DNA of 64,000 nt, taken from positions 200,781 to 264,780 of the forward strand of contig JANQOB010000009.1 of NCBI GenBank assembly GCA_028279275.1. The letters are read 5' to 3'. The translations under genes were made by a program, and so were the position numbers. Positions within the stretch are counted from its first letter, which is position 1. Each line of letters opens with the position of its first letter. The notes beneath the pieces are model-generated. The model ran no database searches and was not told the DNA's origin. It saw nothing but the letters and a program-made list of their open reading frames with translations. This DNA comes from Gammaproteobacteria bacterium. Its GTDB lineage: Bacteria > Pseudomonadota > Gammaproteobacteria > UBA4575. Shown here one piece after another: positions 9,258 through 20,565 of the stretch.

Positions 9258-10712
9258 ATGTACGATCTTTCTGTTTCACAACTTGCTGAAGGTTTACGCA
9301 ATGGTGATTTTTCCAGTGTTGAGTTAACCCAACACTGTGTTGAGCGCATGCAAAAATTTAGTGATCTAAATGCATTTATCACTGAACTTGGAGAGCGTGC
9401 GATTTTACAAGCGCAAAACGCAGATAAATTAATTAAAGAAAAAAACCATGGTCCATTAACAGGGGTGCCGATAGCAACAAAAGATATTTTTTGTATGTAT
9501 GGTGTTAAAACATCTTGTGGTTCTAAAATGTTAGATAGCTTTATTGCACCATATGATGCAACCGTGACACACAAACTTGATCAAGCAGGTTGTGTCACAT
9601 TGGGTAGAACCAATATGGATGAATTTGCAATGGGTTCATCAAACGAGACTAGCTACTATGGACCGGTTAAGAACCCTTGGAATAAAGATTATGTGCCGGG
9701 TGGATCATCAGGGGGTTCAGCTGCCGCAGTTGCTGCGCGTATTGCACCTCTCGCTACTGGGACGGATACTGGTGGTTCTATTCGGCAACCCGCAGCCCTT
9801 TGCGGCATTACCGGCTTGAAGCCAACTTATGGAAGAGTCTCGCGCTACGGCATGATTGCTTATGCGTCCAGCCTTGATCAGGGTGGTCCGTTTGGCGCTT
9901 CAGCAGAAGACTGCGCGTATTTACTTCAGGCCATGGCAGGTTTTGATGAAAAAGACTCTACCAGTCTGGATAAAGCGGTCCCTGACTACACACAATCACT
10001 GAATGATTCGATAAAAGGGAAGGTGATCGGTATCCCTGAAGAATATTTTAGTGAAGGGTTGGGTGTTGGTGTAAAAGAAATTATACAGACCGCCATTACT
10101 TGGTACGAACAACAAGGTTGTGAAATAAAAAGTATCAGCTTGCCAAATACAGATTTAGCGATACCGGCATACTACGTAATTGCACCTGCAGAATGTTCAT
10201 CTAATTTATCTCGTTATGACGGTGTGCGATTTGGTTATCGTTGTGATGACCCTAAAGATATGCGTGATCTATATGATCGTAGTCGTAGTGAAGCATTTGG
10301 GGATGAGGTAAAACGCAGGATTATGATTGGTACATACGCCCTATCAGCAGGCTATTACGATGCATACTATTTAAAAGCACAGCAAATAAGACATTTAATT
10401 AGTGATGATTTTAAAAAAGCTTTTGAACAAGTCGACGTAATTTTGGGTCCAACAACACCTGAACCCGCTTTTAAGATTGGTGAAAAAACCAATGACCCGG
10501 TCACTATGTACTTATCTGATATCTATACCATTTCTATTAACTTAGCAGGTTTACCGGCAATTTCGATTCCATGTGGTCAGCAAGGAGGTTTGCCAGTAGG
10601 CATGCAGCTAATTGGAAATTATTTTGCAGAAGAAACACTGCTCAATTTTGCGCACCAGTATCAATTGGATACCGATTGGCATCAGCAAATTCCTCCTGGT
10701 TTTAATGAATAA
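9258..10712 (+). CDS. gatA: Asp/Glu-tRNA amidotransferase subunit A
   Basis: Amidase signature [23 protein letters not shown]. Confidence 0.97.
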   Translation: MYDLSVSQLAEGLRNGDFSSVELTQHCVERMQKFSDLNAFITELGERAILQAQNADKLIKEKNHGPLTGVPIATKDIFCMYGVKTSCGSKMLDSFIAPYDATVTHKLDQAGCVTLGRTNMDEFAMGSSNETSYYGPVKNPWNKDYVPGGSSGGSAAAVAARIAPLATGTDTGGSIRQPAALCGITGLKPTYGRVSRYGMIAYASSLDQGGPFGASAEDCAYLLQAMAGFDEKDSTSLDKAVPDYTQSLNDSIKGKVIGIPEEYFSEGLGVGVKEIIQTAITWYEQQGCEIKSISLPNTDLAIPAYYVIAPAECSSNLSRYDGVRFGYRCDDPKDMRDLYDRSRSEAFGDEVKRRIMIGTYALSAGYYDAYYLKAQQIRHLISDDFKKAFEQVDVILGPTTPEPAFKIGEKTNDPVTMYLSDIYTISINLAGLPAISIPCGQQGGLPVGMQLIGNYFAEETLLNFAHQYQLDTDWHQQIPPGFNE

Positions 10713-10727
10713 GGATTGCAAATAAAG

Positions 10728-12161
10728 ATGCAGTGGGAAACCGTAATTGGATTAGAAATTCATGTACAGCTGGCTACCCAGAGCAAGATTTTTTCGGGTG
10801 CTTCAACAGCTTATGGAGCTGAACCCAATACGCAAGCATGCGCGGTAGATTTAGGTTTACCTGGTGTATTGCCGGTATTAAACAAAGAAGCTGTAAAAAT
10901 GGCAGCGATGTTTGGATTTGCAGTAGATGCCACCGTTGCGGAGCGTTCTGTATTTGCGCGAAAGAATTATTTTTACCCTGATTCACCTAAAGGTTATCAA
11001 ATTAGTCAATTTGAGTTGCCGATCGTAGAACATGGTAAGCTGGAAATTGTTTTAAATAATGGTGAATGTAAAACAATAGGTATCACGCGTGCTCATCTCG
11101 AAGAGGATGCAGGAAAATCATTACACGAAGAGTTCCCAGATTCTACAGGCATCGATTTAAATCGATGTGGAACGCCATTAATTGAAATTGTATCTGAGCC
11201 TGACATGCGATCTGCTGAAGAGGCCGTTGCTTATATGAAAAAGATACATTCTATTGTTCGTTATTTGGGTATTTCTGACGGCAACATGCAGGAGGGTTCT
11301 TTTCGCTGTGATGCTAATGTTTCTATGCGGCCGAAAGGGCAAAAAGAATTCGGTACGCGCACGGAAACGAAAAACCTAAACTCTTTTAGATTTGTTGAGC
11401 GTGCTATCAACCATGAAATAGAACGTCAAATTGATGTGTTAGAAGATGGTGGCGAAGTTGTGCAAGAAACTCGACTTTACGATGCCAATAAAGATGAAAC
11501 ACGTTCAATGCGCAGTAAAGAAGAAGCGAATGATTATCGCTATTTCCCCGATCCTGATCTGTTACCGGTAGTAATTAATAGTGAAGAGCTTGAGGCCATA
11601 AAGAAAGAACTCCCGGAACTCCCAGCAGCAAAAAATGCTCGTTTTAAGCAATCCTATGAACTTAATGATTACGATGCCGAAAATCTAGTCATGGATAAAG
11701 ACACTGCTGATTATTTTGAGAATATTGTTAATGTTGGAAACGTTAAAGCAAAATTGGCAGCGAATTGGGTATTAGGCGAACTCACTGCTGCTTTGAATCA
11801 ACATGATATTGAGATAATGAATAGTCCTGTTTCAGCTAAAATGATGTCTGAGCTATTAATCCGAATTGAAGACAATACGCTTTCAAATAAAATTGCCAAA
11901 GAAGTGTTTCATGCGATGTGGGCAGGTGAAGGAAGTGTAGATGAAATTATTGAAGCTAAAGGCTTAAAACAAATTACTGATAGCAGTGAAATTGAGGCGT
12001 TAGTGGATCAAGTGATTGCTGATAATCCTGAGCAGGTAGAGCAATACAAATCAGGCAAAGATAAAGTATTTGGTTTCTTTGTCGGACAAGTCATGAAGCT
12101 TTCTAAAGGCAAAGCCAACCCGCAGCAAGTAAATGAATTGTTAAAAGCTAAATTACAATAA
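10728..12161 (+). CDS. gatB: Asp/Glu-tRNA amidotransferase subunit B
   Basis: [25 protein letters not shown]. Confidence 0.97.
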   Translation: MQWETVIGLEIHVQLATQSKIFSGASTAYGAEPNTQACAVDLGLPGVLPVLNKEAVKMAAMFGFAVDATVAERSVFARKNYFYPDSPKGYQISQFELPIVEHGKLEIVLNNGECKTIGITRAHLEEDAGKSLHEEFPDSTGIDLNRCGTPLIEIVSEPDMRSAEEAVAYMKKIHSIVRYLGISDGNMQEGSFRCDANVSMRPKGQKEFGTRTETKNLNSFRFVERAINHEIERQIDVLEDGGEVVQETRLYDANKDETRSMRSKEEANDYRYFPDPDLLPVVINSEELEAIKKELPELPAAKNARFKQSYELNDYDAENLVMDKDTADYFENIVNVGNVKAKLAANWVLGELTAALNQHDIEIMNSPVSAKMMSELLIRIEDNTLSNKIAKEVFHAMWAGEGSVDEIIEAKGLKQITDSSEIEALVDQVIADNPEQVEQYKSGKDKVFGFFVGQVMKLSKGKANPQQVNELLKAKLQ

Positions 12162-12220
12162 CTCATGCTTATATATTTTGACTTTAAATTGGATGTTGGA
12201 GGTTCTACGGAAAATTAAAA

Positions 12221-12649
12221 ATGAAAACATGCCGTCTTATCTATAGAAGTATTGCTGAATCGGAAATACTCGACGAAGATTCGCTGGCACGTTTAGCAAA
12301 TCTCGCTGCCAATAATAATAGAAGGTTTAATATTTGCGGAATATTGGTTTTGTCGAATGGGCGATTTCTTCAAGTGATAGAAGGGCAGTCCAAATTCATT
12401 AATCGATTATATGCAAATATCGTTCAAGATGAGCGTCATCATGATGTTGAGCTAATCAGTTATGAAGAAGTTTCTAAGCCAGAGTTTATTGACTGGAATA
12501 TGAAGTTATTTAGCTTGGATGAGATTGATGAGCATGTTCGCGAATTATTAGTTAATAAATATCCAGTCGTAGACAATAAAATTCAGTTTATTGATGATGC
12601 GGTATTAATGACTTCACTCTTGCTAGATATTAAGCATTTGCAAAAGTAG
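12221..12649 (+). CDS. stand-alone BLUF (blue-light FAD sensor) protein
   Basis: RLIYRS, NN..., FLQVIEG, DERH, WNM: BLUF Tyr/Asn/Gln/Trp/Met present. Confidence 0.88.
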   Translation: MKTCRLIYRSIAESEILDEDSLARLANLAANNNRRFNICGILVLSNGRFLQVIEGQSKFINRLYANIVQDERHHDVELISYEEVSKPEFIDWNMKLFSLDEIDEHVRELLVNKYPVVDNKIQFIDDAVLMTSLLLDIKHLQK

Positions 12650-12697
12650 GATTATTTGAATCACACATTTCAAATAACCACGAATGTGTTGCGTGTG

Positions 12698-12997
12698 CTA
12701 GCGATCAAATAACCGTGATTTAAGGTCGTAACAAAAGTTTCTTGGGAAGCTTACTTTTCCCTCAAGAACGTAACTTTTTTCAATTTCTGTACTGATTCTA
12801 TAAACATAGATGATTGCTTTGGGTTGTAAGTTTCCATTTTTATAACCTTGCACGCGCTCGGTTGAAATTTCAAAATCCGTGAGTTCGTAACCATTATCTT
12901 CAATACAGCCAATAACAGAATGTAGGTAATTTTTCGTAATTAGGGTTCTATCGTGTGTTGCAGTTTCGGTCATTATAATTTTTATCGGTATAAACAT
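12698..12997 (-). CDS. hypothetical protein
   Basis: 99-aa ORF filling the gap; start may be at 12973. Confidence 0.55.
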   Translation of the reverse strand: MFIPIKIIMTETATHDRTLITKNYLHSVIGCIEDNGYELTDFEISTERVQGYKNGNLQPKAIIYVYRISTEIEKSYVLEGKVSFPRNFCYDLKSRLFDR

Positions 12998-13035
12998 AAA
13001 AAACCAAACATTGTGAATGACAAGTGCTTGGTTTT
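12998..13035 (-). terminator. probable intrinsic terminator downstream of hemA-prfA-prmC
   Basis: AACCAAGCACTTGT-CATTC-ACAATGTTTGGTT followed by T run. Confidence 0.5.
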
Positions 13036-13124
13036 AAAAAAAAGAATTTAAGCAAATCTTTACAATTAATAATTACTATTAGTTAACAGAAATTAATTGT
13101 AAATGTAGATTACTGCACGATATG

Positions 13125-13955
13125 TCATAAATTTCCCTGCATACAGCGCGGATTACCAGACAGGTCACTATAACTTTCGATGTTGTTGAAATTTGCATTT
13201 TCAAATAACTTATATACTGATTCTGCTTGTTGAAAGCCATGCTCAACGATTAAGGTTCCGGAAGCCGTTAAAAATCTTGGAGCATTTTCAATAATATTAG
13301 CCAAGTCCTCGAGTCCATTCTTTTGGCTTATCACAGCATTTTTTGGTTCATATACAGTAACGTAATCATTCAAATTTGGGTCCTGTTCAGAAACATAAGG
13401 TGGGTTTGAAACGATTACGTCAAATTTTTGGTGTGATAAATTTTTATACCAGTCACTGTGGATGAAGCGAACCTCAGCATTGTGTTTTGTGGAATTTAAT
13501 CTAGCTATTTCTAATGCTTCAAGTGAACTATCCGTTGCCGTAATTTGGCTATCTTCGCGATCATGTGCAAGTGCAATGGCAATCGCCCCTGAACCAGTAC
13601 CTAAATCTAAAATTTGTGGTGATTTGATATTCGCTATTTTTTTTAAGGCAAGTTCAACAAGTAACTCAGTCTCAGGACGAGGAATTAGCACCTGTGGGTT
13701 GACTAAAAAATTTAAAGACCAGAATTCTTTTGAGCCCTTAATATAAGCCAGTGGTTCACCATGAGCTCGTCTTTGTAAACTATTATTAAATATATCGCTT
13801 TGCGTTTTGGTGAGTATTTTTTCCGGATGCGCGATTAAAGTTGTGAGCTCAATATCACAACTGTGACAAACGAGAAGCTGCGCGTCTAATTGTGCACACT
13901 CGCTGATTGTTAATAGTTTTGCGGTACCCAGTTCAACCGCTTGTTGAAATGTCAT
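13125..13955 (-). CDS. prmC: release factor glutamine methyltransferase
   Basis: LIPRPETE, DLGTGSG, SNPPY; follows prfA. Confidence 0.95.
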   Translation of the reverse strand: MTFQQAVELGTAKLLTISECAQLDAQLLVCHSCDIELTTLIAHPEKILTKTQSDIFNNSLQRRAHGEPLAYIKGSKEFWSLNFLVNPQVLIPRPETELLVELALKKIANIKSPQILDLGTGSGAIAIALAHDREDSQITATDSSLEALEIARLNSTKHNAEVRFIHSDWYKNLSHQKFDVIVSNPPYVSEQDPNLNDYVTVYEPKNAVISQKNGLEDLANIIENAPRFLTASGTLIVEHGFQQAESVYKLFENANFNNIESYSDLSGNPRCMQGNL

Positions 13956-13956
13956 A

Positions 13957-15039
13957 TTAGTCTGACATGGATGCAAGTAAGTCTGCTTGGTGTTCGTTTC
14001 TTAGCGGTTGCACAATTTGATCCACATTGCCTTGCATCATTTCGTCTAGTTTATAAAGTGTGAGGTTAATTCTGTGGTCAGTCACACGGCCTTGAGGAAA
14101 GTTATAGGTACGAATTCGTTCAGAACGATCTCCACTGCCCACAAGATTACGACGGGTTGCAGCTTGTTCATCCATTTGTTTTTGCCGTTCTTGATCTAGC
14201 ATACGTGCACTGAGTAAAGACATTGCACGCGCTTTGTTTTTATGTTGTGAACGCTCATCTTGGCATTCCACCACAATGCCAGTTGGAATATGGGTAATGC
14301 GAATAGCAGAGTCGGTTTTGTTTACATGTTGTCCTCCCGCTCCTGAGGCTCGAAAAGTGTCAATACGTAAATCAGAATTATCAATTTCAACTTCGTCAAT
14401 TTCATCTACTTCAGGCATGATCGCAACTGTGGCTGCTGAAGTGTGCACCCGACCTTGAGATTCTGTTTCCGGCACACGCTGGACACGATGTGCACCCGAT
14501 TCGAACTTCAAACTTGAGAATACTTCTTTGCCATTAATTTTAGCGATAATTTCTTTATAGCCACCATGATCACCTTCATTTTGATTGATGATTTCCACTT
14601 TCCAGCCTTTGTTTTCAGCATAGCGAGAATACATGCGAAATAAATCACCGGCAAAAATTGCAGCTTCGTCACCACCTGTACCCGCACGAATTTCTAAAAA
14701 TACATTGCTTTCATCATGAGGATCTTTAGGCAGAAGTAAAGTTTGCAGTTCTGCTTCGAGTTGTCCTAATCTTTCTTCAGCACTTTTGATTTCTTCTTGA
14801 GCCATAGCTTTCATTTCTTTATCAGAATCATCAGCCATTTCTTTTGCTGTTTCTAAGTCATCTAAAGCTTGTAAATGCTCATTGAATTTAGCAACGATCG
14901 GCTCAAGCTGTGCATATTCTTTGGAAAGTTTGGTAAATTCTTTTTGATTATTAATTACATCTGCATCAGACAATTCAGCTGCTATTTCTTCGTGCCGTTC
15001 TTTTAAATTTTCTAATTTTTTTATGATGGAATCTTTCAT
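13957..15039 (-). CDS. prfA: peptide chain release factor 1
   Basis: GGQ motif, PET recognition loop. Confidence 0.98.
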   Translation of the reverse strand: MKDSIIKKLENLKERHEEIAAELSDADVINNQKEFTKLSKEYAQLEPIVAKFNEHLQALDDLETAKEMADDSDKEMKAMAQEEIKSAEERLGQLEAELQTLLLPKDPHDESNVFLEIRAGTGGDEAAIFAGDLFRMYSRYAENKGWKVEIINQNEGDHGGYKEIIAKINGKEVFSSLKFESGAHRVQRVPETESQGRVHTSAATVAIMPEVDEIDEVEIDNSDLRIDTFRASGAGGQHVNKTDSAIRITHIPTGIVVECQDERSQHKNKARAMSLLSARMLDQERQKQMDEQAATRRNLVGSGDRSERIRTYNFPQGRVTDHRINLTLYKLDEMMQGNVDQIVQPLRNEHQADLLASMSD

Positions 15040-15179
15040 TTGCGAAATTAAAGTTAAAAATAATAATATGCTCTGGTAGATTAGAGCATAGCGATGTCCA
15101 GCTAGTTTTAAGTAGCTAATGAAAGTGTAGTATACAGATGACTAAAGTAGTCACTCTTTGAAAAATAATTGAAGATTGT

Positions 15180-16445
15180 TTATTCATTAGGTGGAATATT
15201 TAACAAGATTCTTGCTGCATCTACCAACTCATTTTTACCTTCTTTTCCAGCAACGTGCAATGCTTCAGTAGGTTCGTGCGTAAGTTTATTGGTAAGAGTA
15301 TGTGCAAGAAACTGTAATACTTCGTCAACAGGTTTGCCTTGTTCCAGCATTTTTTTTGCTTTCTCTAAGACAACATCACGTTGATATTCAGCTTTAGTGC
15401 GGAAAGCACGTACCGTATCAACTACACCTTGGCCGCGTAACCAAAGTGCAAATTCTTGTACTTCAAGGTCAATGATGCTCTCTGCTTCGTCCGCCGCTTC
15501 TTTGCGTGAATTTAAATTATGTTCAATGACATTTTGCAAGTCATCAATAGTATAAAGATAAACATCAGATAGTTTAGCCACTTCGGGTTCTATATCTCTT
15601 GGCACTGCAAGATCGACCATGAATATTGGTTTGTGTTTACGTTGTTTTAATGCACTTTCCACTAAACCTTTACCCAATATCGGCAAAGTACTTGCGGTTG
15701 CCGTCATTACAATTTCAGATTTTGGTAGTGCCTCACCAACATAACTTAAACTTACACCATGTCCGCCCACTTTATCTGCAAGCATTTGTGCACGTTCAAC
15801 ACTGCGGTTTGCAACTACAATTTTTCCAATACCGGCACTTTGTAAATGCTCAGCAGCAAGTTCAATGGTCTCACCTGCACCTAAGAGTAAGGCAGAATGA
15901 TTACTAAATTCTCCAAATATTTTTTTTGATAAAGATACAGCAGCAGATGCAACAGAAACAGGATTAGTTCCAATTGCGGTATTTGTACGTACTTTTTTAG
16001 CAACACTAAATGCGCGTTGAAAAAGTTGATTTAAATTTCTACCTAATGTGTCTGCCTGCACCGCGTCTTGATAGGCAGACTTCAATTGTCCAAGAATTTG
16101 AGGTTCTCCCAATACCATTGAGTCGAGTCCACAAGCGACCCGAAAAATATGACGCACCACGGAATTGTCTAAATGATCATAAATGTAGGGTTGTGTGTCA
16201 TCAGAACTTAAATTATGAAAACTATTTAACCAACTTAGTATCTCTTCTTTGCCTTGGTCTATATGGTTGACCTCGCAATAGAGCTCGGTGCGATTGCAGG
16301 TAGAAATAATAGCCGCTTCATCTACTTGGGGCACAGTGATTAATTTCTTGAGGGCATGCCCCAATTTTTTTTCATTAATCGCCACCCTTTCCCGTACTTC
16401 GACGGGAGCAGTTGTGTGGTTGATTCCAAGTGTGAGTAAAGACAT
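15180..16445 (-). CDS. hemA: glutamyl-tRNA reductase
   Basis: STCNRTE, GEPQILGQ, GAGET. Confidence 0.97.
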   Translation of the reverse strand: MSLLTLGINHTTAPVEVRERVAINEKKLGHALKKLITVPQVDEAAIISTCNRTELYCEVNHIDQGKEEILSWLNSFHNLSSDDTQPYIYDHLDNSVVRHIFRVACGLDSMVLGEPQILGQLKSAYQDAVQADTLGRNLNQLFQRAFSVAKKVRTNTAIGTNPVSVASAAVSLSKKIFGEFSNHSALLLGAGETIELAAEHLQSAGIGKIVVANRSVERAQMLADKVGGHGVSLSYVGEALPKSEIVMTATASTLPILGKGLVESALKQRKHKPIFMVDLAVPRDIEPEVAKLSDVYLYTIDDLQNVIEHNLNSRKEAADEAESIIDLEVQEFALWLRGQGVVDTVRAFRTKAEYQRDVVLEKAKKMLEQGKPVDEVLQFLAHTLTNKLTHEPTEALHVAGKEGKNELVDAARILLNIPPNE

Positions 16446-16537
16446 GAAAGTATGTGAAATTCTGTATCGTACAGCTATAAATTTGCCTAAATCAAAGCGA
16501 GATATATATTGCCTAAATACCCGTAAATTCTGTCAAA

Positions 16538-18364
16538 ATGCGTATCAATTGCTCAGATAACTACAGTAAAATTAGGTATAGTCTAATTGAGCACGTAACA
16601 CAACATAGTATATTGAAGATCAACGCCACAATTCCACAGATTCCCTACCTATATAGGCTTGTTTTAGCAGCAATTTTGGCAGTATTCCTGCTGACCAGCT
16701 GTACCAGCATGTTGAGCGAGCCTCGCTTGGACCCTGATCAATCTATACAGATACGTAAGCCTCAAGCCGAGAAATATGATGCTCAATCCGACCTCATGTA
16801 TGAGGTTTTGGTCGGCGAGCTTTCGGGTCAGTTTGGGCATGTCGAGCAGGCTTTAGAGCACTATGTGAATGCTTCACAACTCACGGATGATCCCGCCGTA
16901 GCAGAACGTGCAACACGAATTGCCATGTTTGCCAAAAACTGGACTGCTGGCTTAAAGGCAGCGACTCGTTGGGAAGAACTGGTTGGTGAAAACTTAGAAA
17001 TCAGCCAAATTCTAGGAGTGATGGAGCTCCGCAATAAAAATGTTGAGGGTGCAGTACCTCATTTTGAAAAAATTATGTCTGCTGCTGAAGATTCTCCAGC
17101 GAAAGGTTTCAGTATTATCGGTGCAGTACTCGCACGCGAACCAGACTTTGAATCCTCTCTTAATTTGCTTGAAATATTAGTTAACAAACATTTTGAAAAC
17201 CCATATGGCCACTTGACGATGGCAAGCTTGGCATTTCAGGCGCAAGATTTTCAACGCACCATAGACGAGAGCGAAATTGCACTGGGTTTTAAACCTGATT
17301 TGATAGAAGCACGTGCTATGCGTGCGCAAGCATTAATGAACTTAAACGATACTGACAAAGCATTGTCAGAAATGAAAATTATCGTGGAAGAACAACCTGG
17401 TAATCGTGAAATGCGTATGGCGTATTCACGCATGCTGATTAATGCTGAGCGCTATGAAGAAGCAATCGATGAGTTTGAATTACTGTTACTTGAAAATCCG
17501 AACGATGGAGAACTTATCTATCGTCTAGGGTTGTTGTATTTACAAAAAGAAGAATATGAAAAAGCAAAAGCCAAATTTCAACGTTTGGTTGATCGTAAAC
17601 AACGAGTAGATGAAGCACATTATTACATCGGTCGTGCTAATGAAGAACAAAAAAAATATGTGGAAGCGATAGATGAATATGAAAAAGTTCCACAAGGCCA
17701 ATATTACATCGACGCAAAAGCTAGAATCGCTTCGGTTTATGCAGAGCGTGATAATATTGAAAAAGCACAGAGTTATTTAAAAGAATTACGACGCTCTTTA
17801 AGTGCGCCCGAAGCAATCATCGAAGTGTATTTGATTGAAGGTCAATTATTACATGATAAAGAGCTATACGTTGCAGCGATGGATCTTTACAGCGAAGGTT
17901 TGCAAGAGTTCCCAGGCCATAGTGATCTACTTTATGCACGTGCATTAATGGCAGAAGAAATTGATCGGATTGATTTATTGGAGCAAGATTTAAGAGCTAT
18001 TCTTTCCGAAGATCCTGAAAATGCATCTGCCTTAAATGCATTGGGTTATACCTTGGCGGATCATAATTTCAGAATAAATGAAGCTCTTGGATATATAAAG
18101 CGTGCTCTCGAACTGAGACCGGATGACCCCGCTGTGATTGATAGCATGGGCTGGGTGCAGTTTCGACTTGGAAATTATGCAGAAGCGGAAACTTACTTAC
18201 GAAAAGCATTCGCTTTACTAGAAGATACTGAAATAGCTGGGCATTTGGTTGAATTGTTATGGGCGCAAGGTAATTATGAAGAAGCTAAAGAAGTATTGAA
18301 TGATATGCTTGAGCGCTATCCAGACGATGAGTACATATTAGAGCTAAAACAAAGACTTCAGTAA
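16538..18364 (+). CDS. TPR-repeat (lipo)protein
   Basis: Repeated TPR helices, ALNALGYTLAD, DSMGWV; hemA-divergent position; start uncertain. Confidence 0.88.
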   Translation: MRINCSDNYSKIRYSLIEHVTQHSILKINATIPQIPYLYRLVLAAILAVFLLTSCTSMLSEPRLDPDQSIQIRKPQAEKYDAQSDLMYEVLVGELSGQFGHVEQALEHYVNASQLTDDPAVAERATRIAMFAKNWTAGLKAATRWEELVGENLEISQILGVMELRNKNVEGAVPHFEKIMSAAEDSPAKGFSIIGAVLAREPDFESSLNLLEILVNKHFENPYGHLTMASLAFQAQDFQRTIDESEIALGFKPDLIEARAMRAQALMNLNDTDKALSEMKIIVEEQPGNREMRMAYSRMLINAERYEEAIDEFELLLLENPNDGELIYRLGLLYLQKEEYEKAKAKFQRLVDRKQRVDEAHYYIGRANEEQKKYVEAIDEYEKVPQGQYYIDAKARIASVYAERDNIEKAQSYLKELRRSLSAPEAIIEVYLIEGQLLHDKELYVAAMDLYSEGLQEFPGHSDLLYARALMAEEIDRIDLLEQDLRAILSEDPENASALNALGYTLADHNFRINEALGYIKRALELRPDDPAVIDSMGWVQFRLGNYAEAETYLRKAFALLEDTEIAGHLVELLWAQGNYEEAKEVLNDMLERYPDDEYILELKQRLQ

Positions 18365-19002
18365 TGAAGTGTCTATCACTTTTCCAGCATGCGTTTTGCA
18401 GACTGGGATTTTCATTAGTATTTATATTTATGTTTTCAGCATGCGTCACTGTTGAAAAACATCCTATGCCTGTTGATTCTGAAGTTAATCAGCAAGCCTT
18501 ATGGGAAACTCATAAAGCAACCCTGCAAACATTAGAAAGCTGGAATCTCAAAGGACGTGTTGCAGGAAAATCAAATAATGAAGGTTTTCGTGCCGGAGTG
18601 CATTGGCAACAATTGCAATATGATTTTATTATTGATTTACATGGGCCGTTGGGACGAAAAGTAGCTGTAATTACGGGTAAACCCGGTAATGTTCAGTTAA
18701 AAACTTCTAAAGGTGAGAGCTATATAGCGGATGACCCAGAAGCGTTATTACAAGAATTGTTTGGTTATACACTTCCGGTAAATGGTTTGCGATATTGGTT
18801 ATTAGGTGTTCCTGATCCAAAACAAGCTCACGTATCATTACAGCTAGACGGAAAGGGCCGGTTAATGCAGCTTAATCAGACAGGGTGGTTAATTAATTAC
18901 AAGCGCTATCATGATGGTGTTCCCACCTTACCTGCGCTTATTCAGATTTCTAATTCAAATGTAGATGCAAATATTAAAATTGATCATTGGCAACTCAACT
19001 AA
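18364..19002 (+). CDS. lolB: outer-membrane lipoprotein insertase LolB
   Basis: Lipobox FSAC, GPLG, LPVNGLRYWLLGVP. Confidence 0.92.
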   Translation: MKCLSLFQHAFCRLGFSLVFIFMFSACVTVEKHPMPVDSEVNQQALWETHKATLQTLESWNLKGRVAGKSNNEGFRAGVHWQQLQYDFIIDLHGPLGRKVAVITGKPGNVQLKTSKGESYIADDPEALLQELFGYTLPVNGLRYWLLGVPDPKQAHVSLQLDGKGRLMQLNQTGWLINYKRYHDGVPTLPALIQISNSNVDANIKIDHWQLN

Positions 19003-19037
19003 TCAATCTGAATCAGAATTCTTAATTCTCTAAAGCT

Positions 19038-19907
19038 GTGATGAAAAATTGGCTCGCGCCTGCAAAGTTAAATCTTTTTTTACATATCATTGGTCGGCGT
19101 GATGATGGTTACCATTTATTACAAACGGCCATTCAGTTTGTCGATCTTTGCGATCAACTTACATTCAATTTGCGATCAGATCCCAATATAAACTGTAAAA
19201 ATTCTATTCAGTCCATTTCCTCACAAGATGATTTATGTATAAAAGCAGCGCAACTATTACAAAGTCAAAGCTCAAATAAAAAAGGCGTAGATATTATTGT
19301 GAATAAAGTGATTCCACTTGGTGCCGGTATGGGGGGTGGCAGTTCTGATGCGGCAACTACGTTATTAGCCTTAAATGAACTTTGGGATTGTAAAATGAGC
19401 TTAACGCAGCTTGAGGAATTAGGTCAGCAACTAGGGGCAGATGTCCCGGTATTTATAAGGGGTCATTCCTGTTGGGTGGAAGGAGTAGGTGAACAGCTAA
19501 CACCAATCGAGCCGTCAGAAAATTGGTATGTCATCATATATCCAAATGTACATTTGGATACACGTAAAATGTTTGCAGATGAGGAATTGACACGCGATTG
19601 CGCTCCACTCAAAATACGCGACTTCTCACAGATGAGTGATACAAATCTGACTGAGTTTGCTAATACAGAAAATGTATTTGAAAATATTGCGCGACGTTAT
19701 CCAGAGGTAGATCGTGCATTTAAATCGCTAGATCAGTATGCATCTGCGAGATTAACTGGTTCCGGAAGTGCATTGTTTGCGAGTTGCCAATCTAAACAAC
19801 AGGCAGAAACCATCGCTGCAAAATGTGCAACCGAATTTACAGTTTTTGTAGTGAAAGGAATAAATGAATCACCTGTGATTTCATTAAGCGAGTATAATTA
19901 CGCGTAG
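19038..19907 (+). CDS. ispE: 4-diphosphocytidyl-2-C-methyl-D-erythritol kinase
   Basis: APAKLNLFL, GMGGGSSDAA. Confidence 0.96.
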   Translation: MMKNWLAPAKLNLFLHIIGRRDDGYHLLQTAIQFVDLCDQLTFNLRSDPNINCKNSIQSISSQDDLCIKAAQLLQSQSSNKKGVDIIVNKVIPLGAGMGGGSSDAATTLLALNELWDCKMSLTQLEELGQQLGADVPVFIRGHSCWVEGVGEQLTPIEPSENWYVIIYPNVHLDTRKMFADEELTRDCAPLKIRDFSQMSDTNLTEFANTENVFENIARRYPEVDRAFKSLDQYASARLTGSGSALFASCQSKQQAETIAAKCATEFTVFVVKGINESPVISLSEYNYA

Positions 19908-19932
19908 CACTTACTATACGAGTACATATTAT

Positions 19933-20007
19933 TGGGCCGTCGCCAAGTGGTAAGGCACCGGGTTTTGATCCCGGCATTCGCAGGTTCGAATCCTGCCGGC
20001 CCAGCCA
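19933..20007 (+). tRNA. tRNA-Gln(TTG)
   Basis: Acceptor TGGGCCG/CGGCCCA, anticodon arm CCGGG-TTTTGAT-CCCGG, GGTTCGAATCC, CCA end. Confidence 0.97.
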
Positions 20008-20088
20008 GCTTTTAGATTCAAAACCAACACCTCTCCACTAAAAAATCATCATATTTAACCTAGTGCAATGTAATAATCATTAAAGACA

Positions 20089-20460
20089 ATGATTACAGAA
20101 CAACAAGCACAGGCATTTGCTAAAGATTGGGTCGAATCATGGAATACTCATGATCTAGATAGGATACTTTCGCATTATAGCGATGACTTTGAAATCACTA
20201 CTCCATTGATCAAAACTTTCTTGGGGATTGATACAGGGACATTGCAAGGTAAGCAGAATATAAAAGAATATTGGGCCTCAGCTTTAAAAAAATTACCACA
20301 TATGCATCTTGAGCTTATAGATGTCGTTATAAGTATCGAATCTATTGCTTTGTATTACAAAACAGTGATGGATAAAATGGCTATAGAGGTTATGTTTTTT
20401 GATTCATCTGGCAAAGTTAATAAAGCGATTGCTCATTACACTTTAGACTTAGACCCATAA
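20089..20460 (+). CDS. SnoaL/NTF2-like protein
   Basis: WVESWNTHDLDRILSHYSDD...GKQNIKEYW. Confidence 0.85.
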   Translation: MITEQQAQAFAKDWVESWNTHDLDRILSHYSDDFEITTPLIKTFLGIDTGTLQGKQNIKEYWASALKKLPHMHLELIDVVISIESIALYYKTVMDKMAIEVMFFDSSGKVNKAIAHYTLDLDP

Positions 20461-20565
20461 ATTATTACGTGAAAGATATTGGCCGTAAATAAAAATCATT
20501 ACTAGTAGTATTCAATAAAAATCAGTTTTATTAAATTATAATCACAAAAAAGAATAAACAAAAAT

